DNA from: the human T2T-CHM13v2.0 reference genome, Homo sapiens
DNA length: 64,000 bases
Direction: 5' to 3' (one strand)
Assembly: GCF_009914755.1 (NCBI RefSeq)
Contig: NC_060937.1
The notes under the pieces were generated by a model, which had not been told where the DNA came from, did no database searches, and worked only from the letters and a program-made list of their open reading frames with translations. Positions 1 through 10,690 of this stretch are shown piece by piece. A program made the position numbers and the translations under genes. Position 1 is the first letter of the stretch; each line of letters opens with the position of its first letter.

Positions 1-909
1 TGATTAAACAGCAGAAAATCCTTTAAAATAACATTTAAAGAAATATCAGATACAGAAATAACTCTATTCATGATTCTCAATGGGACAAGATTAAGACTTA
101 ATTTTGAATTAGTGGTAATAACTGTTCCTGATCTGAACACATAATTGTTTTTGTCTGCTTTTGAATTAGTGAAATTCTTTCATCATCCTAGTTATATTTG
201 TTTAAAAAATAAGAATCCTCAAATGAAAGTCATTTTACCATTTTCTTAGAATTAATGGTTTCATTGAATTTTACATAGAGTTTATGATCATGTTAATGAG
301 TTAACTTCTTAAGTAAATATGATTTACTGCTACTTGGGAATGGAATAAATCTTCCCCTGCAGTAAAAGGTAACAAAATTCAGTGCGATAAATACTGCACA
401 TTGTGTGCTTCATTTGTAGGGCAGTTGATTAAGTGTGCTCTAGGTCTTGGATATACTTAGAACACAGAGACACTATCTATTTGGTTGCCAGAAGGATAGC
501 GGTCATGCCCTGCCTTCAACTTCTCTTGGGCACCCTACAGGCAGAAAAGCACAGACATTTGTGGTTAACAGTTTTATTGCTAAGTTCCAGAGGGAACTTT
601 CGAAAGACTTTATTTTACTTAAAAGGTCTTTAATGGAGCAGTTATCAGTTTATGTTCTAGTCTTACAAATACACATGTAATTACTGAAAATCTCTGCTTA
701 ATTGCAACTTCATTAGAAACATACTTAAATATAAGAAATATGCTTGCTATATACAAAAACATCCATCCATACTTGTGTACAGTGTATAGTAAACCTTATT
801 TTTGAATCAAAACAATAGAGAAAGAAAGAGGAAATAAAATGTGAGCTCAAGTATTTCATATATTGATTCCGAGTTTTATACCAGTCTGCCACTATGTACT
901 TAACCTTTG

Positions 910-1230
910 TATTCTGGAAAATTTAAAACACGTAAAAAAATAGAGAGCCTAATGTAATAACCACCCATATAGCCATCACCCAATCTCAACAGCTACTAAT
1001 ATTTTATTGTTTAATGTATTCCCATTATTATTATTATTTTGATAGAGTAATATTAAGGCAAATTCCAGACATCATATTGTTTCTTTTATAAACTCTTCAT
1101 AATCGATCACTATCAATGATAACTTTCTTTTAACAAAATACAATTCTATTATTATTTCTAACAAACAATAATTTTAAAATATCATTTAAAAGCCAGCCCA
1201 CACTCTTATATCTACAATTATCTCAAAATT
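910..1230 (-). mobile_element. Old L1 (L1MC4/L1MC5-like) 3'-end fragment
   Basis: Motifs ccatcacccaatctcaaca and gcaaattccagacatcatat resemble the L1MC4/5 3' UTR as I remember it. Boundaries approximate. Confidence 0.55.
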
Positions 1231-1643
1231 TTGGTATCTTTTTATGATACTGAAGAAAGGAACAAACCAACAAAATTTTAGGTCACCATTAGAGGTTTTT
1301 AGGGTACAACATCATTCTGTAAGTTGATATTCAAATCAAATATGTATATTGCATTTCCTGTAAGAACGGTATTTCAGGCTAGTCAATAATTAGTGGAGGG
1401 AAGTTCTTCACATATGTTCTTTAAAACCACTTGGCAAAAAAGAAATAATCTCTTTTTCATATCTATCCACTGTACATTTAAATTGAATGCTGATGTAATC
1501 GTTTTATCAATAAACACAAATATAATTTTACACAATTATTTTTGATAATAACTTTGAAATGTTAATATATGTTGGGTTTTTTTTTCATATATACATATAT
1601 GTATTCCTTTGCCTACTCCACTTTTGGCCAACATATAGTGGAA

Positions 1644-1944
1644 TTTTTTTTTTTTTTTTGATACACAGTCTCACTCTGTCACCCAGGCTGTAGTGCTGTG
1701 GTGCCATCTTGGCTCACTGCAATTTCCACCTCCTGGGTTCAAGTGATTCTAGTGCCTCAGCCTCCTGAGTAGCTGGGATTACAGGCACGCACCACCACAC
1801 CTGGCTCATTTTTTTTGTATTTTTAGTAGAAACAGGGTTTCACCGTGTTGGCCAGGCTGGTCTTGAACTCCTGACCTCAAATGATCTGTCCTCCTCAGCC
1901 TCCCAAAGTGCTGTGATTAAAGATGTGAGCCATGGCACCTGGCC
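1644..1944 (-). mobile_element. Alu (AluS-type), full length
   Basis: Poly-T at 1644-1659, both arms with the ttttgtatttttagtaga linker, ending ...cctggcc. Confidence 0.95.
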
Positions 1945-2933
1945 TATATGTTGGCTTTATAATTCATTGATTAGATGAGGATGAGATAGGATGGAGAACA
2001 GTAGGAAAGTAGTTAATTTGCAAAGTTGTACAGCTATCATGAGATTTTTTTTTCTTGTTGCTGAGGCAAAAAGAAAATAGAGGAGTTGTGCTTTTGAGGA
2101 AAAAAATGTCAAGAAAATCATTGGGAGTCTTTGATCCTAGACGTTAAATACATTCAGTCAACCCGGTTGGGAAGAAGAAAGAAGTGAGAGGGGAGGGAAT
2201 ATAAAGAGGATAGATTCTGTGCCATGTTTGTTGAGCAGAACTCAGAGAAACCTAGAGGATAAAGACTAGAAAGTCCTTGAGGCTAGATTACATCGTAGAG
2301 TCCAGGGAGTCAGGAAGATCCCTAAAAGTAATGATCCATGCTGTCCATCTAGACATGGGAGTCCAAAGATAAACTCACTGAAACCTATTTACCTTCCCTA
2401 TGGCATGAGGTATCAGCAATTTCCCAAAGAGTCCAGGAGGACTGGAATGAAGGCAGTCTCATTTGAGACCCCTCTAGGCAGATGAGACAATGGACATATA
2501 AGAAGACCAATGACCCAGGGTTGAGAATATTGCACTTCCTTTTGATGATAACGATCCTCTGGAATTGAGGTAAAAAAAGAACCGAAGTTTCTGTCATACC
2601 AATGCAATAGGAATTAGACATTTTTAAAAAATGGAAGAAAAAAAAGAAAGCTCTGTTTCCAGCACAAAAAAATTAGTGACATATGTGTCATACCTTATGT
2701 AGTAGAGACTGCTTTAGATTTACATATTTAACATTATTTACACAAAACCTATCAATTATTGCTTAATTTGCAAACAATTTGTTTTTGGCATTGCATGTAA
2801 AGACTATCATCATTTACTTATTGTTTTAATCAAGAGTTAGATATAATATAAAATCGATAATACTAATAACCCAGAAGTATAAACTTGGGAATAAAGAATA
2901 CTATTGTAGGCCAGTATTATTAGATCAAATGCC

Positions 2934-2935
<2 letters not shown>

Positions 2936-2968
<33 letters not shown>
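2936..2968. repeat. (TG)16 microsatellite
   Basis: Perfect TG run. Confidence 0.97.
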
Positions 2969-2970
<2 letters not shown>

Positions 2971-3686
2971 AGAAGCAATAACCTATATTAAAGCCTGAAG
3001 TTTACAAAAATGTCTCCACATGATACTACCATTTGTATTAATTTCTTTGAAAAAATACCTACTGGAAATAGTTACTATAGAAATTAGTACCAGCTCTCAG
3101 TGACTTTTTTTATATGAACCATATTTGAAAAAACAGAAATCTAGATAAGTACAATCGAAATTACTTAGTACTTCTACAGATCATACTGACATCCAATAGA
3201 AACCTATTTTACCTGCTATAAAATCACAACTCTTCGGGAACTATCAAAGCCCGGTCAACAAATTCCACTGAATTCAAAGGGGACAATAGAGAACTAAATA
3301 GCAAAATTATTGCTAGAGATGATTACTTCATCAATATCACTGTACCTCACTTCACAAATTTCTCAAAGTTAATTACCAAAAATGTGACTGCAAAATTTAA
3401 AGGTAATATGTAATAATTCTATCCTAATATGAATGAACATTCAGTCTGACTCTCTTAATATTTCTAGGCCATTCTAATTAATTCTGCTCTAGACATTTAC
3501 AAAGGAGGTTTAAATTTTATGTCCCATTAAACATCAAGAGAACTGCTGGCCTCTAGGGGCTCCCAGGGCCTCTCGCTTCTCCACTTTCTCTTTTCTCCCC
3601 TTCCCAATGATGAACAAGGCACTGTCACAACCTAAGAGCCCTGCTCTCTCCAGTTTAAAGACGTTTTAGTGATCATTATTCTTGTG

Positions 3687-3698
3687 AGTGACGTCACT
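3687..3698. promoter_or_regulatory. Full palindromic CRE (TGACGTCA) within the 12-bp palindrome agtgacgtcact
   Basis: Exact CREB/ATF consensus at 3689-3696. Function not shown. Confidence 0.35.
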
Positions 3699-4472
3699 GT
3701 GCTGGGTGAATGTTGGGCTGCCCAAGGTTGTGCTGTCCATTGGGTGTCTTTTTCCATGTGACTAGATTGGTAAAAACTCTAGAGATTTCTTGAAGCTAGT
3801 TTGAAAGGTTTTCGTTTGTTTGCTTTTATTTTCCTGGTTTAGGACCTCTGCTATCTTTTTCCATTTGGCACCTGGCCCATTGCCACTGCCTAGGTCGAAG
3901 TCACTGGGTAAATTGTTATATGTATTGGACAATATTTTGGCCTGGGGCAGCTTAGTTTAAGCATACTTTAAAAGCTAGGAAAAATATATTTTTTTCTTTT
4001 CCCTTTTCTATGATGGGAAAACTCAAATGTGGGCTTTCTTAAGTGTGGGCTTAGGAGAAAGCAGACCCGTATTGGTAAAAATTATTTTCTAGCCGAAAAA
4101 ACAAAGATAAATACAAAACAAAACTTGTCTGTCCATTTGGTCTAGATATTTGGTCTAGATGAACTTACCAACCATCAACAACCTGCTACTTTTATCTCAT
4201 TCATGTTTTATTTTTTTCTTTCTTGAACATATATTTCTCTTAGAGACTTCAGACTCTTAGACTGTGTTAGGCTCTGATTAAAGTATTCAAAGGATCCCTG
4301 AATCTCCGGACAAATAAACAGACAAACAAAAAATGAAATGAAATATTACCACATGATTCTTTTTAACAATAAATTTCTCATAATAACTTTATACATTTGC
4401 CTTTAATTTAGAATTTACTATTTCTAAAAACTAAGCTAGAAAACATAAACCAAATTTTTATTGTAATACATA

Positions 4473-4644
4473 TTTTTTGAGACACACCCACACTTGAGGA
4501 AAAGGTGGTCTTGCTCTGTTTCCCAGGCTGGAGTGCAGTTGAGTGATTATAGCTCACTGCTGCCCAGACTCCTGGTCTCAAGTGAACCTCTTGCCTTAGC
4601 CTCCCCAGTAACTGGGACTACAAGCATGTGCTTCCATGCCAAGC
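4473..4644 (-). mobile_element. Alu monomer (FRAM / AluJ right arm) with 14-bp TSD
   Basis: Right-arm Alu sequence only; TSD tgtaatacatattt at 4462-4475 and 4645-4658. Confidence 0.85.
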
Positions 4645-6179
4645 TGTAATACATATTTAAGTGAGCCTTTGCACATAAGCCTAAGTTTTGCTTTTCTTCA
4701 AATAGATTTTCAGTAATGCATTATTTCTTATAAGAGTCAACAAATTTTTCATTTTTGTGCATATATATTGCTGCTATGATAGTGAAGGTATATATAACAT
4801 AATTTTGCAATTTTTCCTGTACTCAGATACTTCTCAGTTGGCCCTGGCTAAAAGACAAAAAATTCTATGACAAATAAAATATATAACTCTCATTTTATCC
4901 TTATAGCTATTAAATTTGAAAAGCTGCCTTTGCTTTCTAGTTGAAATAAATTTTAAAATCTCTAACTCAATTAGTTAACTAGAAAATTACCCAGATGTTC
5001 ATTGGTTTCTGAAATCCACTGATTAAATTTACTGTACCCAGAATTTTTGCATATGCATCTGAAATATTTCATTATTCTGGCCAAAAAGTTCATGAAACAT
5101 TGTCTTAATCTTATTCATTGTAAATATTCTACCTAGAATTGCACATACTACAAATACTTTGAAGATATCTTTGTAAATTAACTTTGGTAAACTCTATAGA
5201 CAAGTCCTAAAACAATTTGTGCAACTGTTTTTTAAATGGGACTCTTTCTTTTTTGGTTTTGTCTGAGGCCCATAGACAAGAGGAGCCAACCACTCACATA
5301 CACTTAGAGAAAACATGGTCAGGAACCAGCTGTGAGACTCTTAGCTTTACTTCAACAAGAGATGTTTTAAAATTGGAGAGGGCAAAGTTGGAGACTAGGA
5401 AAACAGTTTTGAAAGAGCTGTGTGAATTCCACCTACATAAACCTCTTCACAGAAGTCTGGAGAAGGTTGATTCAATGAAACCACTTAGATTCAGTGGTGC
5501 TTACACTGGTCAAAACCATGAAATCAAAAGAGGATAGTTCTTGTTCTCCCAAATTCAGTGTAATAATAAGAGGTTTTTTCCTTGGGTATGTCCTGTTCTT
5601 CTCGATATGTGAAATCAAAAGATGCACTTATGTTTTCTTTATGTGACCAAGGTATAGGACATGAAATAACAAAACCGGAGCTGGCAGGGAGCTTAGATAC
5701 TCCTGAAAGATTGCCTTGAGTAGAGAAAATTCTTGGCAGAGAGAAGATAAAATGTAACTTTGCATGCCTTATATTTGCCAATGAGAAGAGATTTCCAAAG
5801 ATGGGGACATGCTGGGGATTGGAAGGAGGCATACCTTAGAAAGAATCTGTCCTTTTTTTGACAAAAAGAAGCAGCTTAAAATGCTGGAAGTCAGAGAACA
5901 CCAGTGCTGTATTACTATCACACAACTGGCTAAGAAAGCCCTGTTGTATGTTTTACCTCCTCCTGGTATTCCTACTTCTACCATAGAAATGCCAGAGATA
6001 TTTTCATGTTTGAAACAATAAGAAGCAAAATAGGTAGAAAATCAAGAAAAAAGTCATCATACTTCAATTTCCCACTTCGTGCAACCAGTTTGGAGCATGT
6101 TTAAGATGAGTTAAACAAACAAACAAGCAAAAATATTTTTTTTTGCCCTGCTTAGTTTAGATGCATTATTATAATTACT

Positions 6180-6310
6180 ATTTTTATTATTTACTTCTTA
6201 GAGCAGTTTTAGGATCACAGCAAAATTGAGATAAATGTACAGAAATTTCTTACATATCTCCTGCTCCCACACATGCATAGCTTTCCCCACCATGAACATA
6301 CCCCACCAGA
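6180..6310 (-). mobile_element. L1MC-type 3'-end fragment
   Basis: tagagcagttttaggatcacagcaaaattgag...cccacacatgcatagc matches the reverse complement of the L1MC1-3 terminus as I remember it. Confidence 0.7.
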
Positions 6311-7188
6311 AAATAATTTGAATTTAAGTAAAATAGAAATTACAGTCATTAGACTGGGGATAATAATTGATGAAATGGTCTTTTATTTATTTATTTAATA
6401 AAAGTAAGCTAGTCAGTGTTTTTTATTAGCAAAAGCATTAGCACTTGCCCAAGATTTCCTCCAAAGGCCAAGGAAAACACCCCCCAACAATGCTTATTTG
6501 GAGTGGGCAGTGATTTCTGGAGTGGGGTATGGGTCTGTGGAGAATAAAAGTTTTGGCCAAATATATCTCCCTCAGCATAGTAGTAAAAAAACAAATTATC
6601 CAAGAATTCAAGTAGACAATAAAGGAAAAACAACCCCCAAATTGTTATCTCTCCTCTTCACACTTGTTTTAATCATGATTTAATCCTTTTTTTTTAAATT
6701 TTCTGGTAAAAACCAGAAAATCTGATAGACAAATTCTAAAATACCTTTAACTCTAATATTCTTTATTTGTTTTTGTAAAGTGTTCACTGGAAAATCAAAT
6801 TTCATAGGACATTTATATATGCAAATAGATTTCTTTTTTTCATTGACTATTCTACTTAACTGTATTTTTGCAGTTCTAAAATGTGTTCAAATTTCATAAG
6901 ATCTCTGACATCAGAATATCTTGCAACAAATGGCTTCTTTCAGTTATATTTATAGCATGTTTTTTTCTTTTTTAATGGTTCATAAAATGAAGACACATCA
7001 TACAATTTAACAGCCAAAATCATATCAAACATATTAAATGTATATCTCAAAGAATACAGCAACAACAATAAAGCCAGCAAAAAAATAACTAAATGTTCAT
7101 CCTTGCCCCCTACAATTATTTTTGAAAGCTCAAGTGCACTACAAAACCAGAACAACTCCAAGCAATCAAAATTTTGAAGGGGACTCAC

Positions 7189-7390
7189 CAGAGTTGGGAT
7201 CAGAGTTGCCATCTGCTTCAGTCCTCTTGTCCGGAGAGGCCTGGTCATAGAATTCGTCCTGTGGCTGAACCAGAGGAAGAGGGTGTGAGATCAGGGTTCC
7301 ACTACCCACCGGCTCATGGTCTCCTAGACCACTGTCACTGCAGCTTTCCTGGGAGCCATCAGGGAGATGAAACGTAACACGGCGCTGCGA
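7189..7390 (-). CDS. PCDH9: Internal coding exon (202 bp, phase 0 to phase 1) of protocadherin-9, cytoplasmic domain with CM3/RRVTF motif; probably the penultimate exon
   Basis: On the minus strand the acceptor is tcctgtggtcttctttgtag|TCG (AG at 7392-7391) and the donor is CTG|gtgagtcc (GT at 7188-7187). The open frame reads [68 protein letters not shown] recognise this as PCDH9; the PCDH11X paralog as I recall it differs ([21 protein letters not shown]). The exon is richer in GC and CpG than its flanks. Confidence 0.95.
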
Positions 7391-7836
7391 CTACAAAGAA
7401 GACCACAGGACATGCTGATTAACACTCCTCTCAAATAAAACAGGCCTAGTGGAACACAAAATCAAAACACTTTCAACAAGTAACACAATGTAAAAGCAAA
7501 ATAAACCAAACTAGGAACAAAGCTAAGAACAAGTATTAATTACTTGCCATTTACTATGTAATGGCCAACCAGCAAAATACCAAAAAGAATTTCAATCTTG
7601 TATAATTCACGACCTTAAAACTAAAGTTGGGGCTTTGAAAAGTGTAACAAGAAAGGCAAAACAAAACTAAACAAAACTTATACTGTCGACAAAATTACAG
7701 AAAAAAATTAAATAAGATGAAATATGCAAATATGCTTTTGATAAATCTAAATAAATACTTAGAAAATGCAATATTTCATTTCTTTTGAATGACCAGACAT
7801 TGTGCTTACTTGATGTTTTTAGGGTAACATTTGTAG

Positions 7837-8186
<350 letters not shown>

Positions 8187-9029
8187 TAAAGGACACCGTA
8201 CCCATGTAAGTGTCCCTAAAGCAATACTGGAATAATTAATTAAAGTTATTATTTGAAGAGTCTCAGGATCGACTGACTGAACTAGCTGTGCTAAAATTAG
8301 TATTTTAAATAATGAAGTTCTATGCAATTGCTATTGATATACATAAAAAGAAGACTATATTTTAAAAGAGATTAAATTAGAAATTATTCTTGACCATTGA
8401 CCCAGCTATCACTCTAATCTTTGGCTACACTGGTAGTAGAATAGAATATCCTAGTTGAAAGGTATTTGGAATATCACTTTGGTATCTATGTGCACAATGT
8501 CACTCTCAGATGTGACCTAAAGTGTATACATGGTAACTTCAATACATTGTCATGTTTACCAAAAAAGTTTTCTCATAAAAAATAATACATTTTAATGTTT
8601 CCTCAGCACAGATTGGTTTAGTTCTCTTGGAAAATGCTCTTTTAGCTGCTATGATCTCTGAGAATATTTATAATTATGTGGGGTGGAGATTTAGGCCTTA
8701 GAGAATTGTATGAGAGTAGTACATTTGCGCTATTTGAATAAACCTAGTTTTCTTTCTGCCTAGCAGCCAAAAGACCTTTCGATACCATGCTACATATGAC
8801 CACTTAAATTCAGAATTAATAAAATGATGAATGTATATATTAAAAAATATATAATATACAAGTATATAATGTACAATATAATCATTTTCTAGTACCTAAA
8901 ATTTGTGCTTTTCAAGAGACAATTTATAGATTGTATCCATTTCAAAGAAAAAGGATTGCGGTTAGAAACAAAATAGTATAGATAGGTATACTGAAACTGT
9001 ATGAATGCATACTTATAGACTGACAACAG

Positions 9030-9219
9030 AAGACAGCCTATATCCTGTGAGTCACTGGTTCAAATCCAATTCAGAGTCATAATGGAGTAGAGATGATATC
9101 ACTTTACTGCTGTTCAATGATCTGTGTGAAATGAGTTGATAGTTCAGTACATTTTTAATGAACTGATGCCAACATCACAAAAACTATAATCATAAATGGT
9201 ACTAATTGCCTCTATTGTA
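9030..9219 (+). mobile_element. LF-SINE-like ancient tRNA-derived SINE fragment
   Basis: B-box gttcaaatcc (9058-9067) followed in order by ctgttca, tgtgaaatgagttg, acatcacaaaa and tggtactaattg, colinear with the LF-SINE consensus as I remember it. Confidence 0.75.
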
Positions 9220-10539
9220 ACACATTTCACCTTCATGCACATGTATCTCAAGAACATCATTCCCTTCTCAAAGGTTTTGAAACGTGCCTAGGTGAGTGCT
9301 ATAGAAAAGGCAAGCTAAGCTTGAATATTAATATCTGAAATGTATTTCTTCCTGGCTAAGAAAGATCATGCTACCATGTTTATTTATTGTAGTGTTTACT
9401 CTCTTATATATATTTAACTCTTCAGGGAAAACCAATAATACAAATATTAGCCATTTATGTTTCAATATGCCCTCAACCTATCAATATCCTTTTGTGATAA
9501 AGACTGTACTAGGAACCACAGTGCTTATTATGGATGACTGTCAAACATAGCTTTTACAGTGACTGATCTACTGAAAACTCCTAGATTTTAATGTGTCTTT
9601 GGTATTATCTCTTGAGGAATACCTCTTAACTCTGGTGAGTAAAAAGAAGTCAAGTCTTAAGAGAAAAGCAATGAAACAAATGATTCTTGAATCTTCGTAA
9701 AGCATTTCTGGAAGTCCCTTAAGCCATTAAGAAGTATATATTTGAAAGACAGAAGTAAAAAAGAAAAAAATACATCTGTGAGATTTTTTAACATAGTTAA
9801 CACTGTTTTAATGACGATATTTCTTCCTCATAATGAATGTTTAAATATGCACGACTAGTTATACCTTAATCCTGCAGTTCTTGCAGGTGGTCCTTGTAAC
9901 AATTTTTTATTGAGCATCTACTATATACCTGGTACAATGATTACACTGAAAAGAAAAACTAAAACATTGTTTTCCAAAACTATTTCAAATATAGCTTATT
10001 AGAGTCTGTTTCACATACACTACACTATTTTTCTTTAGCACTTTATAAGTGAGAATAAGAAAAATGTAAATTTACTATAAATTATTTGCAATTAGACACT
10101 GTAAATTGGAGTGATATAATGTTTAAACTATGGAGGCTTATGAAAATCTTTCTGAATTAATTTGACTCAGATGTTTAAGTCTTAATTGGCAGATTTGTGC
10201 ACAATCTATCAGTCTGATGGGAGGGAGAGTGGTGATGTGTATGGATTAAGAATCAGTACATGGATATTACGGTATGAAGCAAATTGATGAAACAAACCCA
10301 TCTTTATCATCATAATGATTGATGCAAGTAAAAGAATGTCTGAACTATCAGGGCAGATGTAAGGAGATGAACTGAATAAATTGACATGCAGAAAAACAAA
10401 GACCAATAAGGTGTAGGAGACAAGGATTTCTGTTGTGTTTAAGGGCTCAGTAGTACTTGCTCAGGTTGAACTGCAGAGCACCAATTTAAAAAGAAGCCAG
10501 AACCAGACCTCATGGCTGTTGAATGAGTTCCTGGCCTTG

Positions 10540-10690
10540 AGAAATAGAAAATAATACCTTGCCTGTGGAAGTGTTGAAAGGCTAAAAATAGTGTTCCTGG
10601 TATGCAATACATGACACATAGTAGATAGTGTTCCTGCTATGCAATACTTGATACATTGGAGATAGTCAATAAAAAGTAGCTATAATTATT
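10540..10690 (+). mobile_element. Degenerate MIR 3' part containing a 37-bp tandem duplication (10588-10661)
   Basis: aataatacct...caataaaaagtagctataattatt resembles the MIR tail; the two 37-bp units are 32/37 identical. Confidence 0.5.

Larger units (their letters stand above)
1..7188 (-). other. PCDH9: Part of the PCDH9 intron downstream (3') of the exon
   Basis: Begins at the GTGAGT donor; no further exon seen before the window edge. Confidence 0.8.

Noticed and set aside
5217-6021. Cluster of ~70-106-aa ORFs and a repeated tgaaatcaaaaga 13-mer
   Set aside because: No homology recognised and no splice-site pair; a single short A-rich repeat is compatible with chance.
6940-7248. 102-aa minus-strand ORF (and plus-strand ORF 7174-7377) overlapping the exon
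   Set aside because: Wrong frame or strand relative to the recognisable PCDH9 peptide; the minus ORF runs through the splice donor into AT-rich intron.
7379-7392. Second AG 6 nt into the exon (tag TCG CAG) as an alternative acceptor
   Set aside because: Possible but unsupported by sequence alone; it would remove only two residues (SQ).
9051-9067. tRNA-like B box suggesting a tRNA gene
   Set aside because: No cloverleaf or intact A box; better explained as the head of a tRNA-derived SINE.
10588-10661. 37-bp direct repeats considered as CRISPR-like or minisatellite
   Set aside because: Only two adjacent diverged copies with no spacer, in eukaryotic DNA; an ordinary old tandem duplication.
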